This document shows positions 26,421 to 36,387 of a DNA stretch of 64,000 nt, one piece after another. Within the stretch, counting starts at the first letter, position 1; each line of letters opens with the position of its first letter. This DNA comes from Clostridia bacterium (GTDB taxonomy: Bacteria > Bacillota > Clostridia > TANB77 > CAG-508): the NCBI GenBank assembly GCA_017510825.1, contig JAFWMA010000012.1:45-64044 (forward strand), in the 5' to 3' direction. Below the pieces are notes generated by a model. It ran no database searches. It was not told the origin of the DNA and was given only the letters and a program-made list of their open reading frames with translations. Both the position numbers and the translations under genes were made by a program.

Positions 26421-26517
26421 CTTAATATCCTTTCTCATTTTTCACTATGTCTATGTTTTAAAAAATTTGAATATTTATTCATTTATTTTTTTAATTGTTT
26501 TTTGTCAAGCTGTAAAA

Positions 26518-27438
26518 CTATACTTTTAGGTATTTTCTCATAGAAATCATACTTCCAAGAACTCCAATAACAGTTCCTAAAATTATATATACTATTAAAA
26601 CTCTTAGTATTAATTCTGAAAATCCATAAAGTGAAATTGTTAATGATTTTATTACTGATGATTCAAGTACTCTATCTAATACTGCATTGTAAGATAATGC
26701 AACTATTCCTATTGTGACAAATGCTGAAATAATACCTATAATTATACCCTCTACAATAAATGGTCCTCTAATGAAACTATTGGTTGCTCCAACATATTTC
26801 ATAATTGATATTTCTCTTCTTCTAGCATAAACTGTTAGTTTTATTGTATAAACTATAATAAATATTGAAATTACAATTAATAAACTCAACAGAACTAGTG
26901 TTACTGTTTGAATTGACTGTGCAACTTTGGAAAGATTTGCAATAGTATCATTGTCTGTACTTATCTCATCTACGCCATCTAAATCTAGTATCTTTTCTTG
27001 CACTTTTGAATTTTGTGTTAAATCTGTTAGTGTTACAAAATATGATGCTGGAAAAGGATTATCCTCATCATATCCGGCCATTAAATCTTGATGATCTCCT
27101 AATATTGATTTCATTGATGCTAAGGCATCTTCTTTTGAATAGAATGTTACTGTACTAACATTATCAATCTGTTGAATTTTAACTTTTAAATCATCAATTT
27201 GTGTTTCTGTGGCATCATCATTAATTATTACTCTCATTCCTTGTTGATTTTCAACTTGTTTCATAACATAGTTGACATTTTCTCCAAGAAGATAGAATAC
27301 ACCAAACATAAACATAGTTGCACACATAATTATTATTGATGCACCAGTCATTTTTTTCTGTTTAAATACACTTTTAAAACCTTCGGCTATTAAATATCCA
27401 ATACTATTATATCTCACCGTCATACCCACCTTTTTCAT
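26518..27438 (-). CDS. ftsX: Cell-division ABC transporter permease-like protein FtsX
   Basis: 306 aa. TM1, extracytoplasmic domain, 3 C-terminal TM helices. The start may be the internal ATG at 27423 (AAGGTGGG RBS), overlapping the ftsE end. Confidence 0.9.
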   Translation of the reverse strand: MKKVGMTVRYNSIGYLIAEGFKSVFKQKKMTGASIIIMCATMFMFGVFYLLGENVNYVMKQVENQQGMRVIINDDATETQIDDLKVKIQQIDNVSTVTFYSKEDALASMKSILGDHQDLMAGYDEDNPFPASYFVTLTDLTQNSKVQEKILDLDGVDEISTDNDTIANLSKVAQSIQTVTLVLLSLLIVISIFIIVYTIKLTVYARRREISIMKYVGATNSFIRGPFIVEGIIIGIISAFVTIGIVALSYNAVLDRVLESSVIKSLTISLYGFSELILRVLIVYIILGTVIGVLGSMISMRKYLKV

Positions 27439-28093
27439 CTCTTATTATATTACCTTTATCAATGCGAATAACTCTTTTATTCATTCTGTCAACGATGTCT
27501 TTAGCATGTGTCGCTACAACTACTGTTGTACCTCTTAAATTAATGTCATTTAAAAGTCCCATTATATCCCATGCTGTGTTTGGATCTAAGTTTCCAGTTG
27601 GCTCATCCGCAATCAGCATAGAAGGGTTGTTTACTATTGCTCTTGCTAGTGCAACTCTTTGTTGTTCACCACCTGATAATTCATTTGGATATACTTTTGC
27701 TTTATCGCTTAATCCAACAAGTGATAAAACCATAGGTACCTGTCTTCTAACATGCTTTGGAGTAGCTTTTACAACATACATTGCAAATGCAACATTCTCA
27801 TAAACAGTTTTGTCTGGTAATAATCTAAAATCTTGAAAAACCACGCCCATACTTCTACGTAAATATGGGACTTTGCTTGGTTTTAAAAATGTAGTATCTT
27901 TTCCATTAATAATAATTTTACCTGATGTTGGCTCTTCTTCTTTTAGAATAAGTTTTATCATTGTTGATTTTCCTGACCCTGAGCTTCCAACTAAAAAAGC
28001 AAATTCACCTTTGTTTATTTTGAAAGTTGCATTGTGAATTGCTGCATTATCGCTTGAATTGTACTTTTTGCTTACATTTCTAAATTCAATCAT
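27407..28093 (-). CDS. ftsE: Cell-division ATP-binding protein FtsE
   Basis: 228 aa. GSSGSGKST, LSGGEQQRVALARA, LIADEPTGNLD. Confidence 0.93.
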   Translation of the reverse strand: MIEFRNVSKKYNSSDNAAIHNATFKINKGEFAFLVGSSGSGKSTMIKLILKEEEPTSGKIIINGKDTTFLKPSKVPYLRRSMGVVFQDFRLLPDKTVYENVAFAMYVVKATPKHVRRQVPMVLSLVGLSDKAKVYPNELSGGEQQRVALARAIVNNPSMLIADEPTGNLDPNTAWDIMGLLNDINLRGTTVVVATHAKDIVDRMNKRVIRIDKGNIIRDEKGGYDGEI

Positions 28094-28315
28094 ATTTTTT
28101 TCCTTCCAGTATTTTCTATTTTTACATAAGTTTTAGGCTATACTTTATACATTATATATCATAACAATAAATTATTTTATTTTCAAGTATTTTTTGAAAT
28201 TTTTTTGTAGAATTTTCGTGAAATTTCTGTAAATATTTTATTCTAATTTTTTGTAATTTTTATAATACTTATATTTCCATTTGCCAATACTATACATTTA
28301 ATTTAGGTATAAATT

Positions 28316-28352
28316 AAAACCAGAAAATCCTAGTTAATATAAGATTTTCTGG
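28316..28352 (-). terminator. Terminator after 28428-29426
   Basis: Minus strand CCAGAAAATCttatattaactagGATTTTCTGGTTTTAATTT. Confidence 0.6.
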
Positions 28353-28427
28353 CTTAATTAAAGGCTCTATTAATTAGTTACTTTTAGGTGTGAATTATAA
28401 CTTTTTACCATTAAATATCATATTTAA

Positions 28428-29426
28428 TTATCTATTATTCTTAAATAGTTTAGGCTTTTCATCTAGTGTTTCTATTGCTTGAATTGTATTTTTATATTGC
28501 ATAAAGAAAATATTTTTATCATTTAAAATAATGCTGTTTTCTAAATCCTTTATTAATGTGTTTATTATTTCGATGCTAGGTCTTCTTATATCTTTCTCAT
28601 CAATAATATCATACATTTTTGAAAAATATTTTTTTGCATTTGTAATGCTTTCATTTATTTCTTTCCATTTATTTTCTTCATTTGCTAGTGTGTATGCATT
28701 TAAAATTGCAACCTTTGTGTTATACAAGGTTATAATAGCTGAATCCTGTGTTATTCTTAGTAAATAGTTTGGTAATTGTACATAAATATTATTTAGGTTT
28801 ACTAATGTGCTATTCTTATCTTTAGAATTAATTGACTGGGCTACACCATTTAGAGCAATATTAAATTTGTTAATTTGTTCCTCTTTTACTCCAATTTGTT
28901 TCAAATCCATATTAATAGTTGGCCATGTCGAGTATAAATTTTCATATATATATGTTACTTCATCCCAATTTATATCATCATTATTGGTTTCTGTTAAAGA
29001 ATTTGTTGCAACTGATTGAGATACGCTAATACTATCTTTGTCTTCTTCTTTTTTTGTTCCACTTGTTTCTGATTTTTTCTCTCCTTCTTCTGAATTTTTA
29101 ACTTCATTTTTTTCTTCTTCTTGATTTTCATCTTTTGATTGATTACTATCTTCTTTACTTTCCGATTTTTTTTTCTCTCCTTCAGATTTGTTTATTGATT
29201 TTGTAAATACTTTATATCTAGCTACTGTAATATTATTTAACTTATTCATTGCTTCAATAACACATGAATCAACAAAATCTATTTCACTCATTATCTTTGA
29301 GTTTAAATCTATGTTTTGGTCTTCATTTTTAAAAGCGTAAGTTTTCATATATATTAGTATTCCTGATAAAACGATACATATTGTCGTTAATACTATTGCC
29401 AAAATTTTAAAAAGTTTTTTTTTCAT
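28428..29426 (-). CDS. Membrane-anchored protein with Lys/Glu/Ser-rich linker, unknown function
   Basis: 332 aa. N-terminal TM helix, about 90-aa low-complexity acidic/basic region, helical C-domain. GAAAGGA RBS. Confidence 0.65.
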   Translation of the reverse strand: MKKKLFKILAIVLTTICIVLSGILIYMKTYAFKNEDQNIDLNSKIMSEIDFVDSCVIEAMNKLNNITVARYKVFTKSINKSEGEKKKSESKEDSNQSKDENQEEEKNEVKNSEEGEKKSETSGTKKEEDKDSISVSQSVATNSLTETNNDDINWDEVTYIYENLYSTWPTINMDLKQIGVKEEQINKFNIALNGVAQSINSKDKNSTLVNLNNIYVQLPNYLLRITQDSAIITLYNTKVAILNAYTLANEENKWKEINESITNAKKYFSKMYDIIDEKDIRRPSIEIINTLIKDLENSIILNDKNIFFMQYKNTIQAIETLDEKPKLFKNNR

Positions 29427-29448
29427 ATCATTATTATTCCTTTCAAAT

Positions 29449-29479
29449 AAAACATCTCATTCATATTATGAGATGTTTT
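29449..29479. terminator. Hairpin after gpsA
   Basis: AAAACATCTCATtcatattATGAGATGTTTT. Confidence 0.5.
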
Positions 29480-29487
29480 AGTTAATT

Positions 29488-30477
29488 CTATTCATTTTCA
29501 TATTTTAAGTTTCTTGTCATCAATTTTTTTGCTGCTTCTTGTGCTGTTAAACCGTTAAATAATACTTCATTTGCTGAATTTACGATTGGCATTTCAACAT
29601 TATATTTTTCAGCTAATTTTTTAGCAATTTGAATATTATCAATACTCTCTATTGTAGCTTTTATTTCATTTCTGGTTTCCTCTATCGTAAGCCCTTTTGC
29701 GATAAGTTTTCCTGCTCTTCTATTCCTGCTTTCATCACTTGAACAAGTTAGAATTAAGTCTCCTAGTCCTGATAGTCCAAAAAAGGTTTCACTTTTCCCA
29801 CCCATTTTCACTCCTAATCTTGATATTTCTGCTAATCCTCTTGTCATTAAAGCAGCTTGTGAGTTTGTTCCAAAATTTAATCCAACAGCAACTCCAATGC
29901 AAAATGCAATAATATTTTTTAGTGCTCCTCCAACTTCTACTCCAATTACATCTGTTGATTTATAAATTCTCATAGTTTCATCTGATAAGAACTCAGATAT
30001 TTCTTGAAGTAATATTTTATCCTCTGATGCTAACAGTATTGCGGTTGGAATATGTGATGCAACTTCTATAGCAAAACTTGGTCCAGATAAAACTGCAGTT
30101 TTAACATTTGGAAGTTCTTCTTTAAACACTGTATCTAATGTAGTAAGCGATTCTTCTTCCAATCCTTTTGAACAAATTATAACTGGTTTATTAAATACAT
30201 AATCCTTATATTGTTTAAATGTTTCTCTAGCAAATTTTGATGGGGTTACATGAAAAATATAGTTTGCATTTTCCACAACATCTTTAATACTATTTGAACA
30301 TGTAACTTTTGGGTTTATTTCAATTCCTTGCATTAACTCGCTTCTATGTTCTAGGTTGATTAAATCTTTTTCTTTTTGCGTAAATGACCAAACCTTTACA
30401 TTGTTCCCTAATATGGCCATATGATTAGCTAAGGCTAGTCCCCAACTTCCACTTCCAATTACAGCTACATTTTTCAT
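29488..30477 (-). CDS. gpsA: NAD(P)H-dependent glycerol-3-phosphate dehydrogenase
   Basis: 329 aa. GSGSWG Rossmann motif, GALKN, der-plsY-gpsA synteny. Confidence 0.93.
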   Translation of the reverse strand: MKNVAVIGSGSWGLALANHMAILGNNVKVWSFTQKEKDLINLEHRSELMQGIEINPKVTCSNSIKDVVENANYIFHVTPSKFARETFKQYKDYVFNKPVIICSKGLEEESLTTLDTVFKEELPNVKTAVLSGPSFAIEVASHIPTAILLASEDKILLQEISEFLSDETMRIYKSTDVIGVEVGGALKNIIAFCIGVAVGLNFGTNSQAALMTRGLAEISRLGVKMGGKSETFFGLSGLGDLILTCSSDESRNRRAGKLIAKGLTIEETRNEIKATIESIDNIQIAKKLAEKYNVEMPIVNSANEVLFNGLTAQEAAKKLMTRNLKYENE

Positions 30478-30571
30478 TTTTTGAATCCTTTCTTTTTATA
30501 GTATAGCTTACGCTCTTTATTTTTTCTTTGTACTTTTTAACTGTATTCTTAAAATAGCAAACTCACCTTGT

Positions 30572-31204
30572 TTATAATTTTAGTTTATTTTCTTTTCCTT
30601 CCATAATTCTTTTTATATTTTCTCTGTGATTAAATGAAACTATTAGTGCCATTATTAATCCAAAAATAATATAACTAAAGTGATCTCCTTCAACTATATA
30701 GTTCTGCTGTATAAATATGCATAGTATTGGAAATAGAATAGCTGCTGAAACTGAACCTAATGATACTATTTTTGTTATTGCCATTATTATTAATGCAAAT
30801 ATTAAACATATTAATCCAATTTTCCAGTTAAATACTAGAAGAACTCCTAAAGCTGTTGCAACTCCTTTTCCGCCTTTAAATTCAAAAAAAATCGGGAATG
30901 TATGACCTATAACAACAAATATTCCTGCAAATTCTGCAAGTGTTGCTTTTGTATGGTCATCAACATTGAACATATTTCCTATCATAATTGCAAAAAAAAC
31001 TGCAATTACGCCTTTTAAAATATCACAAATCAATGTAATGATTGCAACTTTTTTGCCTGCTGTCCTTAAAACATTTGTTGATCCTGCGTTTCCGCTTCCT
31101 CTTTTTCTTACATCAAATCCTGCAAATTTTTTTGTAAATAATACGGAAAAACTAATACTTCCAATTAAATAAGATGCTACTATTACTATAATAAAACTAA
31201 TCAT
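30572..31204 (-). CDS. plsY: Glycerol-3-phosphate acyltransferase PlsY
   Basis: 210 aa. GSGNAGSTN and FKGGKGVAT motifs. Confidence 0.93.
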   Translation of the reverse strand: MISFIIVIVASYLIGSISFSVLFTKKFAGFDVRKRGSGNAGSTNVLRTAGKKVAIITLICDILKGVIAVFFAIMIGNMFNVDDHTKATLAEFAGIFVVIGHTFPIFFEFKGGKGVATALGVLLVFNWKIGLICLIFALIIMAITKIVSLGSVSAAILFPILCIFIQQNYIVEGDHFSYIIFGLIMALIVSFNHRENIKRIMEGKENKLKL

Positions 31205-31222
31205 TTTGTTCTCCTTTCAATC

Positions 31223-31310
31223 AATGATTTGCAAATAAAGATGCCCCTTTTTTGGCAAATTCTAATTTCGCTAATATTTTCGTTTTTAGATTTGGAATTT
31301 GCAAATCATT
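31223..31310. promoter_or_regulatory. Pair of ATTTGCAAAT palindromes forming a 14-bp inverted repeat between der and plsY
   Basis: AATGATTTGCAAAT (31223-31236) and ATTTGCAAATCATT (31297-31310). Confidence 0.4.
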
Positions 31311-31323
31311 AGCTACTCATGTT

Positions 31324-32652
31324 TTAATCATTATCATATTTACTTTTTCTTTCTCTTATAAGAATTCTTATTGGTGTTCCTTTAAATCCAAATTCTTGTC
31401 TTAATTTGTTTACTATATATCTTTGATATGAGAAATGAAACAATTTCTTACTGTTTACAAATACTGCAAATGTAGGTGGTTTTATCCCAATCTGTGTTAT
31501 ATAAAAAACTTTTAGTCTTCTTCCTTTATCTGTAGGTGGTTGAACCATTGATACCGCTTCTGCTAGCATATCATTTAAAACAGCAGTTGATAATTTTAAT
31601 TCGTTGTACTTATTGACTTCGTTAATCATTTCAAATAATTTCTCTACTCTTTTTCCTGTTTTAGCTGAAATAAATATAATTGGTGCATATTCTAAATATG
31701 ATAGTTTTTGATATACTTCTTTTTGATATTTTTCCAATGTTCCATTTTCTTTATCGTATTCATCCCATTTATTAATTGCAATTATTATTGCTCTTCCTGC
31801 CTCATGAGCCTTTCCAGCAATTTTTGCATCTTGCTCTGTTACACCATCATTTGCATCAATCATAAGAATGCATACATCTGCTCTTTCTATTGATATATCT
31901 GTTCTTATCACACTATATTTTTCTATTCTTTCTTCAATTTTGCTATGTCTTCTTAATCCTGCTGTATCAATAAATACATATTTTCCATGTTCATTTTCAA
32001 ATTTAGAGTCTATTGCATCTCTAGTAGTTCCAGCAATATCACTTACTATAAGTCTATTTTCTCCAAGAATTTTATTTATTAATGATGATTTTCCCACATT
32101 AGGCTTTCCTATCACGGCAACTTTTATTTCATTATCTTCTTCTTTTTCGATACTTTCTGGAAGTTCATCATAAATCACATCTAGCAAGTCTCCAATTCCT
32201 CTTCGATTTCCTGCTGAAATTGGATGTGGTTCTCCAATTCCTAAATTATAAAATTCATAAATTTCATTTTCATATTTTTTAAAGTCATCTACTTTGTTAC
32301 AAACTAGAATAATATTCTTTTTTGCTTTTTTTAGAATAAGAGCGATATCCTTATCTGTAGATGTTATTCCCGTTTTTATATCTGTTATAAACACAACAAC
32401 ATCAGCCATTTCAATAGCAAGCTGTGCTTGAAGTTTCATTTGCTCTGATATTGTGTCTGTTGCTTCTTCTTCAATTCCACCTGTGTCTATTAATGTAAAT
32501 GACTTATCCTTCCATGTTGTATCACCATAAATTCTATCTCTAGTTACTCCTGGTGTATCTTCCACTATAGATTTTCTTTCTCCTATTAGATAATTAAATA
32601 ATGTTGATTTACCAACATTTGGTTTGCCAATTATAGCAACTACTGGTTTCAT
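31324..32652 (-). CDS. der: Ribosome-biogenesis GTPase Der (EngA)
   Basis: 442 aa. Two GTPase domains (GKPNVGKST and GKPNVGKSS, DTGG/DTAG, NKVD/NKWD) plus a KH-like C-terminus. Confidence 0.95.
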   Translation of the reverse strand: MKPVVAIIGKPNVGKSTLFNYLIGERKSIVEDTPGVTRDRIYGDTTWKDKSFTLIDTGGIEEEATDTISEQMKLQAQLAIEMADVVVFITDIKTGITSTDKDIALILKKAKKNIILVCNKVDDFKKYENEIYEFYNLGIGEPHPISAGNRRGIGDLLDVIYDELPESIEKEEDNEIKVAVIGKPNVGKSSLINKILGENRLIVSDIAGTTRDAIDSKFENEHGKYVFIDTAGLRRHSKIEERIEKYSVIRTDISIERADVCILMIDANDGVTEQDAKIAGKAHEAGRAIIIAINKWDEYDKENGTLEKYQKEVYQKLSYLEYAPIIFISAKTGKRVEKLFEMINEVNKYNELKLSTAVLNDMLAEAVSMVQPPTDKGRRLKVFYITQIGIKPPTFAVFVNSKKLFHFSYQRYIVNKLRQEFGFKGTPIRILIRERKSKYDND

Positions 32653-32741
32653 TTTTCATTTTCCTTTTTGATAATAGGGTTAAATATTATATACTATCTA
32701 TACCCATTTTTTATATTCCTTTTACCTTTATATTGTACTAC

Positions 32742-32767
32742 AAAAAATAGAGTTTTTCAACTCTATT
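32742..32767 (-). terminator. Terminator ending the surface-protein cluster
   Basis: Minus strand AATAGAGTTgaaaAACTCTATTTTTTG. Confidence 0.6.
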
Positions 32768-33000
32768 TAATTTAGTATATTTCTATCAAAATTTTCAGTC
32801 ATTTGATCTACTTCATTTGATTCTTCTAGTTTGTCTGTGTACAAGGCATTTATCATTTCCTCCGTTTGTTCTGTAGGATTGTTTTCTTCAAAAAGTAATA
32901 CTGTTGTTCCAGTTAATATCATCATAACAACAATTATTATAACTAAAATAGCTAATGTAATTCCTCTTTCATTTATATTATTTCTTCCCTTGTTTTTCAT
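32767..33000 (-). CDS. 77-aa pilin-like (class III signal-like) mini-protein
   Basis: MKNKGRNNINERGITLAILVIIIVVMMILTG... shares the N-E-[KR]-G-I-T-L motif with 5318-6817. GAAAGGA RBS. Confidence 0.65.
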   Translation of the reverse strand: MKNKGRNNINERGITLAILVIIIVVMMILTGTTVLLFEENNPTEQTEEMINALYTDKLEESNEVDQMTENFDRNILN

Positions 33001-33098
33001 AAATTATTCCTTTCAATTATATTAGTTTTTCTAGTTATATTTTTATCACAACTAAAAGCTAAAGTCAATCAAAAATTGTAATATTATAAATGTTTGTG

Positions 33099-33410
33099 CT
33101 ATTCTATATTATTAATTATATTTTGACTTTCATTTATTTCTATTGTATTATTTTCTATTGTATTTTTTACTATGTTATTTTCTACTTTGTTCACAACCTC
33201 GGTTATGTTTTCTTCTTTATTATTGATTTTTTCTATTGCTTCTATTGTAATATTATCTTTCAAATTAGATTCTTTTTTTGATTCTGTATTTATCAGTTCC
33301 TTTCGGCTTTGAGTATTTAGCTTTGTTGTTTCTATTTCCTTTTTAGTGTTTACATATTCTTCCAAACTTTCTTTTAAAGTTAAGTATCCGGGGTTTTGTT
33401 TCTCCTTCAT
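33099..33410 (-). CDS. Probably the out-of-frame C-terminal continuation of 33343-34692, not an independent gene
   Basis: Reads ...NPGYLTLKE. Removing one C from the CCCC run (33390-33393) fuses it to the upstream ORF as ...DEGETKPGYLTLKE... Confidence 0.35.
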   Translation of the reverse strand: MKEKQNPGYLTLKESLEEYVNTKKEIETTKLNTQSRKELINTESKKESNLKDNITIEAIEKINNKEENITEVVNKVENNIVKNTIENNTIEINESQNIINNIE

Positions 33411-34692
33411 CTATTCTAGCATATTCTTTATCTGTTTTATTCCACTGGTATGTTGTTCCTTTCCCTCCAATTAAATTACAATCATTTGAAAACATTATGT
33501 CTGAACTCTCAACCTGTTCAGTTTTCCATTCATTTCCAACAATTATTGTTGTTAAATTGCTACAACAATAAAACATTCCTTTCATTTTTTTAGTCTTTTT
33601 TGTATTAAATGATGATAAATCTATTCTTTGTATTTTAGAACATCTACTAAATAAATCTTCCATTTCAATAACATTGCTTGTGTTAAAACCTTGCAAGTTA
33701 ATTGTTTCTAAATTACTACACCAACAAAACATTGAGTTTATGTCAACAATATTACTTGTGTCAAAGTTTTGTAGATTAAGTGTTTTTAATTTATGACAAC
33801 TTAAAAACATCATTCCCATTTTAGTAACTTTTCGTGTATCAAAATTTGATACATCTATAGACTCAAGATTATTACAGTTTCCAAACATAGCCCACATACT
33901 GGTAACATTTGAAGTATCAAAGTTACTAACATCTATGTTTTGTAATTTGTTGCAGTTGTAGAACATATCTACCATACTAATTACATTTTTTGTATCTAAA
34001 CTTGTGACATTAATATTAGTTAAGTTCTTACAATTACTAAACATTGATTGCATATATTTAACTTGGCTTGTATTTATTTTTTGCACATCTTCTATTTCAT
34101 TTATATTTTCACCCATAAAAAACCAATATGAAGTAAATTCTTTTGGCTTTATTTCATTTAAAACTTTAACCTTTTTTGTATTGCTTAAAACTTCTTCCCA
34201 CATCGGTTTATTGTTTTGATTTTTTAATTGATATTCATTATTATCTTGATTAAAAAAATCATTAATAAGTGTTCCTGAGTATGTAAACTCTGGCGTTGGG
34301 TTTAATAGTAAAAAATCCCCTTCTCCATCATTATCTGTATCATAGTATTTTGCATATACTCCGTAGGGTTTAAAAAAATATGTTACTGTAATGTCCTCGT
34401 CTGTTATTATTCCTGAAGTATTTCCACTTGTACTTTCTAAAAAGTATTCTCTAATATTTGGCACTGTTGTATTATACATTTGTCCTGATTTTAAATTCTC
34501 AATTTTAAAACTATCTATTACTGAGTTGTCTTTTGGATTTACACAGTTTATTGTTACAGTATATATTTTTTCAATATTAAGTTCTCCTATTTTTAATGCG
34601 CTATTTTCAATATATTTTCCATACGCTTTATTTGTTATCACAATTAAAAACATTATAATAACTATGCTGATTATTGTAAGCTTTTTTTTCAT
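33343..34692 (-). CDS. BspA/DUF285-type leucine-rich-repeat surface protein with MucBP-like N-domain (apparently frameshifted at the 3' end)
   Basis: 449 aa. Signal peptide, then about 8 repeats of F..C..L..I.[VL]..F[DN]T..V..M..MF. Confidence 0.85.
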   Translation of the reverse strand: MKKKLTIISIVIIMFLIVITNKAYGKYIENSALKIGELNIEKIYTVTINCVNPKDNSVIDSFKIENLKSGQMYNTTVPNIREYFLESTSGNTSGIITDEDITVTYFFKPYGVYAKYYDTDNDGEGDFLLLNPTPEFTYSGTLINDFFNQDNNEYQLKNQNNKPMWEEVLSNTKKVKVLNEIKPKEFTSYWFFMGENINEIEDVQKINTSQVKYMQSMFSNCKNLTNINVTSLDTKNVISMVDMFYNCNKLQNIDVSNFDTSNVTSMWAMFGNCNNLESIDVSNFDTRKVTKMGMMFLSCHKLKTLNLQNFDTSNIVDINSMFCWCSNLETINLQGFNTSNVIEMEDLFSRCSKIQRIDLSSFNTKKTKKMKGMFYCCSNLTTIIVGNEWKTEQVESSDIMFSNDCNLIGGKGTTYQWNKTDKEYARIDEGETKPRILNFKRKFGRICKH

Positions 34693-34738
34693 CTTTCTTC
34701 CTTTCTTTGTTAGTTTATTTCTTCTTTTTTATGTTCTT

Positions 34739-35236
34739 CTATATTCTATTGCTGTATGACTCTATTTTTATTTGAATTTCATCTTGTATATTGCAATCAT
34801 GTTCAACCGAATCTATATGAATTTTATAATAATCTTCACTTCCAATGACTCCATCAATATTTATTTCATCTGTTCTATTGTTTTCTAAATTTAGTTGGTT
34901 TTCATTTGTTCTTTCTTCATTAGTTGAATACAAATTATATTTTATATGATTTATAGAGTCGTTATTTTTTGTTTGTATTTCTATAGTATATTTTTGACTA
35001 ATATCACTTACTTGATTATTGATATCATAGTTTTTTACTCTAAAATAGTAATCTAAGTTTTTAGTTTCTTCTGTAATTATTAAATTGTTTTGTGATATAT
35101 TTTCTATTTCTAATATTGGTTTTGCAATTGATATTTCTGTGTTTCCTATTACTTTAGTTTTATTTTTGGCTAAAACTATGTTTACTGTTGTTAATATCAC
35201 TATCAATAGTGTAAACATTATAATTTTTCTTTTCAT
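34739..35236 (-). CDS. Small secreted protein, unknown function
   Basis: 165 aa, signal peptide, beta-rich Asn/Ile composition. AAAGGAAA RBS. Confidence 0.65.
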   Translation of the reverse strand: MKRKIIMFTLLIVILTTVNIVLAKNKTKVIGNTEISIAKPILEIENISQNNLIITEETKNLDYYFRVKNYDINNQVSDISQKYTIEIQTKNNDSINHIKYNLYSTNEERTNENQLNLENNRTDEINIDGVIGSEDYYKIHIDSVEHDCNIQDEIQIKIESYSNRI

Positions 35237-35331
35237 ATATTTCCTTTCTTTAGATTTGTTATATTATTATGAATTATTAGAGGTAGTTTTTATTTATAAA
35301 TCTTTATTTTTCTTTTACTTTTTTATAGAAA

Positions 35332-35925
35332 TTATGCAGGTCTAACTTGAGTTCCTGTTACTTCCACTAAAAATGTGAAATCGTAAGCATTTTTACCCTC
35401 TTGAGTATCTATTGCATCATTTTCTTCTATTGACTTTCCGTTATTTGTTGTTTCATAATCCCAGAACCATTGAACAGTTTTTGTAACTGTTTTATCTTGA
35501 GTTCCTGCATCAAAACTTCCAGATAAAGCTTTTCCTAATTCATAGAATGTTTTGTAAACATTATCTCCTACTTTAAAATATAAGTTTGTAGGTTTGTTGT
35601 GAATTTCTGGAAATTCAACTTTATAATTAACTCCTGTTTCAGTTCCAGTTGCATCAATATCTATATTAAATGTCCCAGATGTACCGGGTGCAATTTTTCC
35701 ATTTGCTATTTTTTCTGCATTATAGTTTTCTCTCCCTAAAACAAATGTACCAAAATCTTCATCTTCGCCATTTGCTAGGAAAGACCATTTTGCTACTTCA
35801 ATTTTTCCATTTCCAGTTACTTTTGTTACATATTTTGCATATGCTATTCCTCCTATTGCTGAGGCTGTTATTATTAATGCACTTGAAATTATTAGTGCCT
35901 TACTTTTTAATTTATTTTTATTCAT
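35332..35925 (-). CDS. Secreted TasA-operon-like protein (candidate SipW substrate), paralogue of 36362-37057
   Basis: ATG at 35925 behind AAAGGAG. Signal ends GGIAYAKY. Shares KI.PGTSG.F.I.ID...NYKV.F.E..NKP.NL.F...W.W.YE...D..DTQ with the LPRTG protein. Confidence 0.75.
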   Translation of the reverse strand: MNKNKLKSKALIISSALIITASAIGGIAYAKYVTKVTGNGKIEVAKWSFLANGEDEDFGTFVLGRENYNAEKIANGKIAPGTSGTFNIDIDATGTETGVNYKVEFPEIHNKPTNLYFKVGDNVYKTFYELGKALSGSFDAGTQDKTVTKTVQWFWDYETTNNGKSIEENDAIDTQEGKNAYDFTFLVEVTGTQVRPA

Positions 35926-36012
35926 ATATGCTCCTTTCAAAAACTACCTCCATTTATATAAATATTATTAAGAATAATAATATTTAACTAATTTGAGTTA
36001 CTACAAATGTAG

Positions 36013-36387
36013 CTAAAAAATATGTATTATTTTCCCGATAATTTCATTTTTTGAAATTTCTTTATCTTTACTGTTGTTATTGTCTCCTTTGCAAATTACA
36101 TTATTGTCTTTAATTTCTTCTACTCTGTGACATACTAGTGTATCTTCATTTTTGTAAAGAACAATATCTCCTTCAGTTATATCTTTTGATTCTTTCATAA
36201 GAATTCTGTCTCCTATATTTATTGTAGGTTCCATACTTCCTGATGCAATTTGAAATATAGAATAACCAAATAAGGTTCCATATTCTTTCTTTTGAATGGT
36301 AATTTGAAATATGTATATTAGTGCTAGTATTAATACTAATACTGAAATAATCGTAAATAAATTAATTAATATTTTTATAATTTTCAA
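36013..36387 (-). CDS. sipW: Signal peptidase I, archaeal/ER (SipW) type
   Basis: 124 aa. TM anchor, SGSMEP catalytic Ser box, CHRV His box, KGDNN box. TTG start. Confidence 0.85.
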   Translation of the reverse strand: MKIIKILINLFTIISVLVLILALIYIFQITIQKKEYGTLFGYSIFQIASGSMEPTINIGDRILMKESKDITEGDIVLYKNEDTLVCHRVEEIKDNNVICKGDNNNSKDKEISKNEIIGKIIHIF

